Assembly: GCA_018716115.1 (NCBI GenBank)
Contig: DVKF01000059.1
Coordinates: 1 to 54,622 of the forward strand
Length of the DNA stretch: 54,622 nucleotides
Origin: Candidatus Alloscybalousia intestinigallinarum
Lineage (GTDB): Bacteria > Bacillota_I > Bacilli_A > RF39 > UBA660
Direction: 5' to 3'
In this document: positions 19,982 to 29,609 of the stretch, piece after piece
How the letters are laid out: every line of letters starts with the position of its first letter
Position numbering within the stretch: the first letter of the stretch is position 1
The notes under the pieces: generated by a model
What the model saw: the letters and a program-made list of their open reading frames with translations, nothing else
Database searches by the model: none
Told to the model about the DNA's origin: nothing
Made by a program: the position numbers and the translations under genes

Positions 19982-22231
19982 TTACTTTTTCCAAGTTGTT
20001 TTTTGTATAAAAGTATCTAGGGCATATAATAAAGCCGGTAAAATAAAGATCGTAATTAAGACAGAAATTAATGTTCCAGTAGCTAAGAATAGACCAATGG
20101 AGGCGACAACGCCGGAACTAGAAATCCATCCGATTAAGAATCCCGCAATCATTAGAATTAAGCCACTTGTTGCGATTGTAGGAAATGAATCTTTAATAGC
20201 ACCAATTAAAGCTTGTTTCTTATCTTGTTTTCCTCGTAAAGTAAGATAACGGTTCGTCATCACTATCGCATAATCAATCGTTGCTCCCATTTGAATCGCA
20301 GAAACAATAATATAGCTGATAAAGAAGATCTTTCCTCCCATTAATGTCGCAAGAGAAAAATTAATTAGGATACTTCCTTCGATAGCGACAATCAACAGAA
20401 TCGTTGCGCCAAGAGAACGGAAAGTTCCCAAAAGAATGATGGCGATAAATAAAATGGTAACCGCTGTAATTAGGGTATTATCTTTAGAGAAAGAGTCACT
20501 TAAATCTTTCGCACTTACGCTTTCGCCAACTAGTTTTACTTCACTGTACTCTTTTTCTACTTCTTCTTTAATCCTATCTAACAAGGAATATGTTTCTTCT
20601 CCTTCTGAAGGAACTTTTATCTCTAAAATCATTCTCGAATATTCCGGACTTTCTAATAGCGAAATAGAGCTTTCTAGTTCTTGTTTAACTTCTTCTATTT
20701 GGAGTAACATTTCCTCTGATAATGGTAGATTTTCTTTTTGTTCATCTAAGAAGTATAGTAAATCTACTAGATTTATTTGATAAGTAGAAACCTCATCTAT
20801 TATTTGATGACTATTCATATATAAAGAAAATAAATTTCTACTCATTTCTTCTGGAATATTAAACATGGCGGCTAATTCTTGATATCGAAGTTTACTTCCT
20901 AGATAGACATTTTCTCCTACTAGATAATTTCCAATACTCGTTACTTTACTAATCTTATCGTTTTCTAATAAACGATTAGCTAGATCTAATTCTTTCGTAT
21001 AATCTTTTTCTTCATTCTTCATGAGAACGACTAAACGATTTGTATTTCCGAAAGTATCGTTAATTTTCTCTAATGCGATTTGGTTATCACTCTTGTTTAG
21101 AGAACTAACTGAATAAATATTATAGACATATTCATAATTAGGTAGAATGCAAATAGCAAAAATTAAGAAAAGGATAAAGATTGGAAGTAGTACTTTTCTA
21201 GAACTTACGATGAAATTCGCTAACTTGTTGATGTTGGGAATATGCACTTTATGTTTTGTTTTATCAACGATCTTAGAAAATGCCATAAGTAGTAACGGTA
21301 ACAAGAGAATTACTGTAAGCAAGCTACATAGGATACCTTTAGATAAGACTAAACCAATATCTTCACCAATTTTTAACTGCATGAATACTAACGCAATCAA
21401 ACCGGCGATGGTAGTTAAAGAACTAGCTAGTATTTCTGGAATGGATTTAGAGACAGTTTTCTTGACAGCTAATTCTAGATTTGGAGTATCGCTTCTTTCT
21501 TTCATATAGTGGTTCATAAAAATAATGAAATAATCTAAGGATAAGCCGAGTTGTAAAATAATGGCAATTGCTTCTGTAATGTAAGAAATCTTACCAAACA
21601 AGAAGTTACTACCCATATTGAAAAGAATAGAAACACCGAATACTAAGAAAGCAAGCACAATTTCAAAGTAAGATTCGGTAGTTAGTAATAATACCACGAT
21701 AATCGTTAAAATTGCGAGTCCTAAAATAATATTCATTCCTTCTACTTGGTCTTCTCCATTTTCTACATATAAGAAGTATTTTTCTTCTTGAACTTGATCC
21801 TCGATTTGTGTAATGACTGCGTTCTTTTCTTCTTCTGTTACTTGATCTAATTCGATAACGAATAAAGCCTTGTTCTCTTTATAATAGTTTTCATTATCCG
21901 CAAAAGAAATACTTGCGACATGATCAATTGACGCTAACTCTGTTTTTAGTTCTAATGCTTCTTGAAGTGGAATTTCTTCAATCATTACTTGAAGTTCATT
22001 TAATGAGCCAAACTCTTTTTCCATTAATTCAAGCCCAGCTTTGGTCTCTGTTTCATCACTTAAATAAGAAGTAATATCATATTCTATTTCTACATTATTT
22101 AAATTTACTAACGAAATAATCCCTAGTAAAACAAAAATGCTTAAGAATAGATATCGAAAATCGACAATAAAGTCGCCTATTTTGATTAATAATGTTTTTG
22201 GTTTTTTCTTTTTCAATATTTCACCTTCCAA
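19982..22231 (-). CDS. MMPL/RND family transporter
   Basis: Two halves with QLGLSLDY and QMGATIDY motifs, about 12 TM helices, large extracellular loops. Confidence 0.92.
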   Translation of the reverse strand: MEGEILKKKKPKTLLIKIGDFIVDFRYLFLSIFVLLGIISLVNLNNVEIEYDITSYLSDETETKAGLELMEKEFGSLNELQVMIEEIPLQEALELKTELASIDHVASISFADNENYYKENKALFVIELDQVTEEEKNAVITQIEDQVQEEKYFLYVENGEDQVEGMNIILGLAILTIIVVLLLTTESYFEIVLAFLVFGVSILFNMGSNFLFGKISYITEAIAIILQLGLSLDYFIIFMNHYMKERSDTPNLELAVKKTVSKSIPEILASSLTTIAGLIALVFMQLKIGEDIGLVLSKGILCSLLTVILLLPLLLMAFSKIVDKTKHKVHIPNINKLANFIVSSRKVLLPIFILFLIFAICILPNYEYVYNIYSVSSLNKSDNQIALEKINDTFGNTNRLVVLMKNEEKDYTKELDLANRLLENDKISKVTSIGNYLVGENVYLGSKLRYQELAAMFNIPEEMSRNLFSLYMNSHQIIDEVSTYQINLVDLLYFLDEQKENLPLSEEMLLQIEEVKQELESSISLLESPEYSRMILEIKVPSEGEETYSLLDRIKEEVEKEYSEVKLVGESVSAKDLSDSFSKDNTLITAVTILFIAIILLGTFRSLGATILLIVAIEGSILINFSLATLMGGKIFFISYIIVSAIQMGATIDYAIVMTNRYLTLRGKQDKKQALIGAIKDSFPTIATSGLILMIAGFLIGWISSSGVVASIGLFLATGTLISVLITIFILPALLYALDTFIQKTTWKK

Positions 22232-22378
22232 TATTAGATTATCGCTTTTTTTAAAGAAAAAGCACTTACTTTTTTGGTGTTTTTTCTAATTATTCTACTT
22301 TTTTCACAAAAAGTATCTTTTTTAGTTATTCTACTTTAGTATATTTTTGTATATAATAATACCATTCGAGGTGAGACA

Positions 22379-22945
22379 TTGATGAAAGAAAAGAAAGATT
22401 TACGGATTCAGAAAACATATAAATTATTAGCTGAGGCATTAATCAAATTACTACAGGAAAAACCATTTGCGGAGATTAGATTAAATGAAATCTGCGAAGA
22501 AGCTCTCGTTCATAAGACGACTTTTTATCATCATTTTACGGATAAATATGATTTATTAAAATATACGATTACTCTTATTCAGAAAGAAATGTTAACAAAA
22601 TTAGACACTTCTTCTGAAGATAATTTACTGGATTATTATTGTAATTTGGCTAAAGTTTACATGTCTAACATTAAAAAGAATCAACAGTTTTACCGGTCGA
22701 TTCTCTCTAGTGAAGGCAATACAATCTGTACTGATTTACTCTATGATATGTTTGTCGAAGACGTAGAAAAAAAACTGGGTCAAGTGGATATTCCTAGTTT
22801 CTATATTTCTAGTTATTATGTTAGTGGTGTATTCGCGGTAATCAATGAATGGTTTAGGCGTGGAATGAAGGAAGAAGAAGATGTCGTGATTGAATACTTG
22901 AAAAAGATGATTACCAATCACAATTTTATTTCTCTTCTAGATTAA
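22379..22945 (+). CDS. TetR/AcrR family regulator
   Basis: DLRIQKT, ICEEALVHKTTFYHHFTDKYDLL; divergent from the MMPL gene. Confidence 0.93.
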   Translation: MMKEKKDLRIQKTYKLLAEALIKLLQEKPFAEIRLNEICEEALVHKTTFYHHFTDKYDLLKYTITLIQKEMLTKLDTSSEDNLLDYYCNLAKVYMSNIKKNQQFYRSILSSEGNTICTDLLYDMFVEDVEKKLGQVDIPSFYISSYYVSGVFAVINEWFRRGMKEEEDVVIEYLKKMITNHNFISLLD

Positions 22946-22996
22946 GAAAAATTATCTACCTATCCTATCTGATAGTTTTCTCTATTAAAAAAAGAT

Positions 22997-23512
22997 TCAG
23001 ACCGTTACTGAATCTTTTTCTAATTCATCAATAAGATTGTCAAGATCTTTTTCTGGTATTCTTGTAGTAGAACATTGTTTTAATAACTTACAAGCATTTA
23101 TTGCTTTTCTACAGGAAATAATGTTATTCTTTTTCATTAATTTGATTATTTTTAATGTCCTGAATACTTCAATACCATTATTTTCAGAATAAATTTTTAA
23201 TCGATTATCACCAGTAGCAAGAATACAATCATTATCTCTTGCTATTACATAATTAAGTAAATCATATGTTGATAACTTTTTTTCAGTAATAGATAAATTA
23301 CTTACTTCTATTAATTGCGTTGATGTTGCAGATATAACTTTAAATTTATTAATTATTTTAACATCTCCTGTTTTTGAATTTATTTCATCATTTTTAACCA
23401 TATCACTTATATAAGCATTATCCATACTAATAAATTCCTCTAATATATTCGCATTATTTAAGTCTGTTATTATATTGGTATCAGTAATTATTATCTTCGC
23501 TGTTATATTCAT
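22997..23512 (-). CDS. PIN-domain protein (putative toxin)
   Basis: IITDTNII, E, LSTYD, LATGDNRL acidic PIN tetrad; start overlaps the end of the upstream gene. Confidence 0.85.
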   Translation of the reverse strand: MNITAKIIITDTNIITDLNNANILEEFISMDNAYISDMVKNDEINSKTGDVKIINKFKVISATSTQLIEVSNLSITEKKLSTYDLLNYVIARDNDCILATGDNRLKIYSENNGIEVFRTLKIIKLMKKNNIISCRKAINACKLLKQCSTTRIPEKDLDNLIDELEKDSVTV

Positions 23513-24524
23513 CTGTAGTAACCCCCAACAGTTCACAAGCTTTATTTAACGAAATGATTTCATTAGCTTCTAACTTGCATACTATTCGTTTAAATTGATA
23601 GGATATTTCCGGTTGAATCGGCTTTGGATCGTTTTTTCCTATACGTTGACTTATAAAAATGTTTAATTTTTTATATAAGTATTCTGATATGATATTTAAA
23701 TCTTTCAATCTATATATAATTGCCGCATAACTAACTTTAAATTCATTTTTAAAAGCAGTTAATTCAAAGAAATTTATATTTCTTCTTGATATTCCAAATT
23801 CATTGATTACGGCTTCTTTTGGCATTAATAGTGCACTTGCAAATCTACTACATAATTTCTCTTGATCTAATTCTTCATTACTAATGTTTAGTACTAAATG
23901 TCCTAATTCGTGGGCAATAGTAAATCTTTGTCTAGCGCCATCTTTTATACCATCTAGTAAAACAATAACAGGAATATTATTTACCATTTCACTTAAACCA
24001 TCAAAGTCATCAAAACGATTATTTGGATTTTTAATTTGAATGATAATAATACCTAGATTTTCAAGCATATTAATTAAATCTGATATTGGTTGTTTGCTAG
24101 ATATTTTTATATTATTTCTAAAATCATTCGCCGCTTTTTCAGCTTCATCAAGACTATTGCAAGAATATCTTTTTAGTTTGATATTATCCGTATCTATATT
24201 ATTCATTTCTATAACTTCTAAGTATTTAGCAACATCATCTTGAATTAATTCTTCTAAAAGTTCTAGATTTTGACCGGTTAATCTTTTTTTCTTTCTAAAT
24301 GAAGTAAATTTCATTTCAGGTATATTATAGACTTTTAATAAATCAATAGATTTAACTCCATATGCATTAGCAAAATCAATTAGTTTTTTTGAATCTGGTA
24401 ATATTTCTCCTTTTTCATATTTTGAAATAGCAGTTGCAGTCATATTAAGAAGATTACCTGCATCTTTAAGTGATAAATTTCTTAACAATCTAATTCTTTT
24501 TAAATTTTTCCCAATTTCATTCAT
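23481..24524 (-). CDS. XRE HTH fused to an ImmA/IrrE (M78) Zn metallopeptidase
   Basis: N-terminal HTH (AISKYEKG), RQRFTIAHELGH, EKLCSRFASALLMP. Confidence 0.92.
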   Translation of the reverse strand: MNEIGKNLKRIRLLRNLSLKDAGNLLNMTATAISKYEKGEILPDSKKLIDFANAYGVKSIDLLKVYNIPEMKFTSFRKKKRLTGQNLELLEELIQDDVAKYLEVIEMNNIDTDNIKLKRYSCNSLDEAEKAANDFRNNIKISSKQPISDLINMLENLGIIIIQIKNPNNRFDDFDGLSEMVNNIPVIVLLDGIKDGARQRFTIAHELGHLVLNISNEELDQEKLCSRFASALLMPKEAVINEFGISRRNINFFELTAFKNEFKVSYAAIIYRLKDLNIISEYLYKKLNIFISQRIGKNDPKPIQPEISYQFKRIVCKLEANEIISLNKACELLGVTTDEYNSEDNNY

Positions 24525-24743
24525 GCTATCTCAGCTCCTCACGGTTTAAATTTTACCACAAAAAAGAAGAAACGTAAACTAACAGGTGGATATTTATTGA
24601 ATTATATGCTATTATCTCATTATGAGAGTAAAAACAGTTCACTTGCAACAAACTGTACTCTCTTAAAGTATATTAAAAACTTTAAAAGCTTTGTAATACT
24701 TTACAATATTTTCCAAAATAAATAATGAAAGGAGGAAATACTT

Positions 24744-24868
24744 ATAGCAAATAATATATGGACTTCTAAAAGTGTTGGTAGTAATACTAATAGCAATTAG
24801 GAAGTAAAACTACTTCTTCTAAAGAAAGGTCTGTAGTTGCAAGTGCTTTAAGGAATAGAAGTAAGTAA
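24744..24868 (+). pseudogene. Degenerate small Ser/Lys-rich basic protein gene
   Basis: Strong RBS AAGGAGG followed by ATA instead of ATG. Reads ANNIWTSKSVGS / QLGSKTTSSKERSVVASALRNRSK across one frameshift, and its stop overlaps the next ATG (TAATG). Confidence 0.5.
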
Positions 24869-25191
24869 TGAAGAAAAAGGCTGCTAGTGAATTAATAGAG
24901 TTTGCCCTTGCATTTATAATATTAAGTGGTTTTCTAGGAATCAGAGGAACTCTTAATATTATTAAAGCAGTATTATCTGGGGTTAATTCTATTTTAGTAT
25001 CGTTTTACGATACTACCATTTTAACAGTAATGTTTAAATATTTTATTACTTTTCCAATAGTAGGTGTACTTTTGATGAGATTAGGTTCACTAAGAGGAAA
25101 AAAAGGACATCAGTTCGGTAAAGTTTTATATTTTATGGTGGGTTATGTAATCGGGTTAGTATTGGATTTTATATCAGGATTAATTTTTTAA
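24868..25191 (+). CDS. Small hypothetical membrane protein (~3 TM)
   Basis: Hydrophobic segments; coupled to the upstream remnant; followed by a terminator. Confidence 0.65.
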   Translation: MKKKAASELIEFALAFIILSGFLGIRGTLNIIKAVLSGVNSILVSFYDTTILTVMFKYFITFPIVGVLLMRLGSLRGKKGHQFGKVLYFMVGYVIGLVLDFISGLIF

Positions 25192-25219
25192 TAAAGTTTA
25201 TTCCAAATTATATCGCATT

Positions 25220-25266
25220 AAAAAGTACCAGACAATAGTAACTATAACTATTATCTGGTACTTTTT
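25220..25266. terminator. Bidirectional intrinsic terminator
   Basis: AAAAAGTACCAGACAATAGT...ACTATTATCTGGTACTTTTT. Confidence 0.8.
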
Positions 25267-25268
25267 CT

Positions 25269-26462
25269 TTAATTTACTTTTATTCTCATCATAGAGTTTG
25301 CCTCTACTTCTTCAGGAACTCTTATTTTTAAGATTTCTTCAGGATGACAAGCCTTTTCGAGTGGATTTAATTCCTGATCATAAATTTTATCGATCGTAAA
25401 GGAAATTCTCTTTCCACTAGGCATAAAGATTTCTACTTCGGTATTCGGCTCAAAGTAGTTACGTTCAGAAATGGTAATCATCTTTTTTTCTTGGTCGTAG
25501 TCTAATACATAAGCGAGGTAATCTTGGTTGGATAGTTCTTGTCTACCAGTATAGTATTGATCGGTTTCATCGGCTTGATGGGTAAAATAATGAGAACTCG
25601 TCTCGCGGTTCGCAACCCGGGCTAATATTTTCTTTTCTTCTTCTAGAGCTTCCTTGGTCAATTTATCTTGATAACAAAGATCGATTAATTTACGATAGGA
25701 AGAAATTACGGTCGCTAGATAGTAGTGAGAACGCATTCTTCCCTCTACTTTTAGACTGGTAACGCCAATTTTAATCATATTTTCTATTTGATTAGCTAAG
25801 TTTAAATCTTTGGTTGCCATTGTGAATTTTTGACTATCTTCCCCTTCTAGATCAAAGGCAAAGCGGCATACTTGACTACATCCCCCACGATTAGAATCAC
25901 GGTTGGTGAAATAATTCGATAAGGTACAACGTCCACTATAAAAAGTACACATTGCGCCATGAATGAATACTTCGATATCCATTCCTGTTTTTTCGATAAT
26001 GGTTTGAATCTCTTCCATCGATAGTTCGCGGGCAAGTACGACTCGTTTTACTCCCTCATTCTTCCAGTAGTTAACGGCTTCAACATTGGTTGTTGATCCT
26101 TGAGTACTGACGTGTACTTCTACATTAGGGAAATTTTTTCGGATATATTGTATGATAAATGGATCACTTACAATAAAAGCATCGATTCCAGCATCCGCTA
26201 CTTGTCGTAAATAATCTTCAACTCCACTAATATCTTCGTTATGAAAAACAATATTGGCAGTTAAATACACTTTCTTATTTCTTTCGTGGGCAAAGGTACA
26301 AGCTTCTTTAATTTCATCGATACTAAAATTAGTGGCATTTGCCCGAAGACTATATTCTTGTCCTCCGATATAGACCGCATCAGCCCCATATAAAAGGGCA
26401 AGTTTTAATCGTTCTAAATCTCCTGCGGGAGAAAGTAATTCTATTTTTTTCATGTTGTTCAC
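25269..26462 (-). CDS. trhP2: Peptidase U32 family tRNA U34 hydroxylation protein (YrrO)
   Basis: ELLSPAG, GADAVY, HGAMC..YSGRC, NRGGCSQVCR, SLKVEGRM, U32 C-terminal domain. Confidence 0.88.
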   Translation of the reverse strand: MNNMKKIELLSPAGDLERLKLALLYGADAVYIGGQEYSLRANATNFSIDEIKEACTFAHERNKKVYLTANIVFHNEDISGVEDYLRQVADAGIDAFIVSDPFIIQYIRKNFPNVEVHVSTQGSTTNVEAVNYWKNEGVKRVVLARELSMEEIQTIIEKTGMDIEVFIHGAMCTFYSGRCTLSNYFTNRDSNRGGCSQVCRFAFDLEGEDSQKFTMATKDLNLANQIENMIKIGVTSLKVEGRMRSHYYLATVISSYRKLIDLCYQDKLTKEALEEEKKILARVANRETSSHYFTHQADETDQYYTGRQELSNQDYLAYVLDYDQEKKMITISERNYFEPNTEVEIFMPSGKRISFTIDKIYDQELNPLEKACHPEEILKIRVPEEVEANSMMRIKVN

Positions 26463-27343
26463 TTCCCTTTCTTTACCTTATATATGGTTTTTTGATAGAA
26501 GAAATTGGTACTATCTCCAATCAAAGAAGCTGTCTTTTCTAAATATTTCTCTAAATCGATGTCGTCTCCTATTTCTACTTTTTCTTTGATTTCGTTAAAT
26601 AATTCTAGTACTTGTAAAGAAGTATCCATAGGAATAAAACTAGTGTCTAAAAGTCCGTAATCTAGATTACTTCTAATTAATTCCGGTAAAGCTTTAGTGC
26701 CATTAATGATTTTTCCAAAAAAGAGACTAGTTCCAGTTTTATCTTCTGTGATTAGATAGTCATTCTCAGGGTTAGTATGATCTTGTAAAGTATATTGTTC
26801 TTTCTGTTTCGCTTTTCCCATACTTTTAAAATAATTAGAAATTAACATTCTTCTAGAATGAGACATACTAGGATATCCCATGATTTGAACGATCAACTGC
26901 ATCTTCGTTTTTTTCTTCATCTCAATAATTTCTTCTAAGGTTACTTCGTTAGCAATCAACCCATACTTGACTCCTTTTTCAAAATAATAATTACAAGTAT
27001 TATAGTTAGTTACCATATGGGTTTGATTCCAGACTAGATCTAGGGCTAACTGTTTCCTTCTCACCATACTTAAGATTGCTAGATCATAGAAGAAAATCCC
27101 TTTAATATTCGTTTTTTCTAACTCGATTAGTAAACGTTCTACTTCTTCTAATTCCTCGTTAAAAATATTTTTATTCATGGCAATAAAAAGTTCACTTTCT
27201 TTAGAAAGTTCTTTGATTTCTTCTAGCGTTAATTCCGGATAATGAACACTATAATTTTTTAAACCAAATAAAAAGTGATTGACTCCTTTTTCCTGATAGA
27301 ATTTTATTTCCTGTTTATCTTGTGGGACAACAATATACTGCAT
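26459..27343 (-). CDS. trhP1: Peptidase U32 family partner protein (YrrN)
   Basis: U32-like TIM barrel (VTNY, E..LEEI, SRRMLISNY), overlapping the yrrO homolog. Confidence 0.78.
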   Translation of the reverse strand: MQYIVVPQDKQEIKFYQEKGVNHFLFGLKNYSVHYPELTLEEIKELSKESELFIAMNKNIFNEELEEVERLLIELEKTNIKGIFFYDLAILSMVRRKQLALDLVWNQTHMVTNYNTCNYYFEKGVKYGLIANEVTLEEIIEMKKKTKMQLIVQIMGYPSMSHSRRMLISNYFKSMGKAKQKEQYTLQDHTNPENDYLITEDKTGTSLFFGKIINGTKALPELIRSNLDYGLLDTSFIPMDTSLQVLELFNEIKEKVEIGDDIDLEKYLEKTASLIGDSTNFFYQKTIYKVKKGK

Positions 27344-27400
27344 ATTATTCCTTCTTCCTCTTTCGATATTATTTAACCATAGAAAAAAGAAAAAGAAAAG

Positions 27401-27615
27401 TTATTTTTCCCTTTTCTTTACTAATTTTCTGTAGTGAATTCTTGTTATAGTATCTATAATTTATCCTATATTTTATTATGTAAAGAAGCATAATACCGAT
27501 TTAAATACAGTTTAAACCCTCTTGATGTTCTTTAACTCTATCTGATTTTGATCTAGATTAAGTAAAATTTCTCTAATGCAGGCCAATTTTTTATAATAAT
27601 CTTTTTTCGGTCCAT
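27401..27615 (-). pseudogene. Remnant seventh copy of the tandem paralog family
   Basis: ATG at 27615. Adding one A to the A6 run gives MDRKKDYYKKLACIREILLNLDQNQIELK, matching the family head. A basic tail RKLVKKREK* ends at 27401. Confidence 0.6.
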
Positions 27616-27650
27616 GCTCATTCCCCTATTCATCTTTTATTATTCATCTT

Positions 27651-29390
27651 TTATTTTTTTAATACTTTATTTCTTTTTTCTTTTTCTTGTTTTAACATAT
27701 GATCTACTTCATCAATTTGGGCTTGATAAAGACGATATGTTGGGGGTAAAGAAGATTCTATTACGGATACTTGGGATTCTTTTTGACTCTTCTTTTGGAA
27801 CTCTATAAATTCTTTTTTTGGTCGTTGTTTCAATTCCTTCATATAATCAATCGCTATTAGATAAGTATCTAGGGATATATCCGATGGATATTGTTCTGTT
27901 AGAGCGTCAAGGATATTTTTTCTTTCCCAATCATATTTGGTTTTAAAGATAAGATCGATAATTTTCTTATATATTTCTAGGGCATTATTGGTCGCACTAT
28001 TTTCTAAAAATTCGCCACAATTTAAAGCAGTAAACGCTGCTCGAATTTGTTTTTCTTTTTCCTTCGTGATAGATGGTGATAATTTATTTAGTAAATATTG
28101 GTAGATTTGGTAAATATCTGGATTAGTTTGAGAGAGACGTTTAATATTTTCGTTTGTGATTGATTTTTGGAATTCTTTAGTAAGAGAAGGATCTAATTGG
28201 GTGAATTTCTCTATGAAGTCAATCAGTTCAGAAAATGAATTCAATGTCTTCTGCAAATTTTTTTGTTGAAGTATCTCCGCTACAGAATCTAAAGAAGCAG
28301 GGTCTAAAGTTTCAAAATAATTAAGTAGCTGAATTAAGGCATCTTGTCCTATTCTAAGTTCTTCTTCACTGATTAGCAAGCGGAAAAAATAATTATTATT
28401 ACTATTTAGTAAATTTAATAGTGAATCTTTTTTCTCATCAGTTATTGTAGAGGCAAGATCATGACTTAACGCATATACAGAAAACTCTCCATTTTTTGTA
28501 AAGTAAAGATGGAAAGGAACAAGAAAATAGCTAAATATGACTAAGGCTAGCTCATTTTCGCTAGTTTCTGCTTTTTTAACAAACGACAAAAAATTAGGAA
28601 TATGAATTACTGCTTGTTCAACTAAAGCATGAAAATCAGGATTCATCAATAGTTCAGTTTCTATATCTAGGAGTGACGGATCATTCTGTTTTTTTATTTT
28701 TGTTAATAGTTGATGAAACTCAAGCTTACTGATATCTAAAGTACAAAAATCACGATTAGATAATAAAGCAGAAATTTCTTTTCTTTCTCTACTCCATAAT
28801 AGATATTGATAAAATTCTTCGTGCGAAATTTCTTTATTTTCTATCCAATCTTTGGTAAAATCACTAATTAAAATGGTACTGATTTCTCTTAGTGAGTTAA
28901 ATACTTCTTCATCGGTTAGTTTAGGATTTTCAATTGTGGACTGGAGTAAAGAATAAATTTCTCGATGGGTAAATTCTTCTTTGAGAAGCAGGGAAATAAT
29001 ATTTTTAAATAAAGAAAGCGTGTTTTTACGTTTATCTTTTCCCATTCTAATATAGGAAAATAATTGTTTTTTAGTTGGTTCTAATTCAGAAAATTTGACA
29101 ATTGAGTCAAGATAAGTTGAAAATTGTTCACTTTGAATATCCGTACAATCCCATCTTGTCTGGTTTAAAATTTCCAGCATCATTTGTTTTTTTAAATATT
29201 TATTTTCTATTTTAAGATTAAGAATAAAATTTAAATAAACAAGGAAATTTTGGCCATCTGTCTCAGCTAACCACCTTATCATCGGGAAACTTTGTTCTAA
29301 TAGCCTAGAAACAATATCTTCTGGTAATTTTAATTGTTGTTGATCAGCTTGTATTAAAATTTTTCTAATATATAATAACTTTTCTCGCAT
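27651..29390 (-). CDS. Uncharacterised helical protein, tandem paralog 6
   Basis: Head MREKLLYIRKILIQAD...LPEDIV; tail IDLIFKTKYDWERKNI...YP.DI..DTYL...YQAQIDEVD. Confidence 0.88.
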   Translation of the reverse strand: MREKLLYIRKILIQADQQQLKLPEDIVSRLLEQSFPMIRWLAETDGQNFLVYLNFILNLKIENKYLKKQMMLEILNQTRWDCTDIQSEQFSTYLDSIVKFSELEPTKKQLFSYIRMGKDKRKNTLSLFKNIISLLLKEEFTHREIYSLLQSTIENPKLTDEEVFNSLREISTILISDFTKDWIENKEISHEEFYQYLLWSRERKEISALLSNRDFCTLDISKLEFHQLLTKIKKQNDPSLLDIETELLMNPDFHALVEQAVIHIPNFLSFVKKAETSENELALVIFSYFLVPFHLYFTKNGEFSVYALSHDLASTITDEKKDSLLNLLNSNNNYFFRLLISEEELRIGQDALIQLLNYFETLDPASLDSVAEILQQKNLQKTLNSFSELIDFIEKFTQLDPSLTKEFQKSITNENIKRLSQTNPDIYQIYQYLLNKLSPSITKEKEKQIRAAFTALNCGEFLENSATNNALEIYKKIIDLIFKTKYDWERKNILDALTEQYPSDISLDTYLIAIDYMKELKQRPKKEFIEFQKKSQKESQVSVIESSLPPTYRLYQAQIDEVDHMLKQEKEKRNKVLKK

Positions 29391-29609
29391 ATTTGTTCTC
29401 TTCTTTCTATTTATCGGATATTTTATGGATTCTATTTATTTACAGTATCTGTTTTCTTTATTATCTAAATATAATACTTTATATCCAGATTTATCTTTTT
29501 TTAGGTAAAATGTTTTCTTCCTAGAAAGTGGGGATTCTGTCTACTAATACTTCAGTTTCATTCTTTTCTACTTTCCGGATCTTTCATTAAATTTAAGTTT
29601 GACTCGTCT

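Noticed and set aside
18952-21509. Plus-strand ORFs of 105-121 aa (18952, 19932, 20436, 21147) and similar short ORFs elsewhere in the track
   Set aside because: They lie antisense to or inside well-supported genes, lack RBS and motifs, and are expected shadow ORFs.
29391-29609. Further array remnant or sRNA in the 219-bp gap between paralogs 5 and 6
   Set aside because: Purine-rich and possibly decayed coding DNA, but no family motif or stable structure could be recognised.
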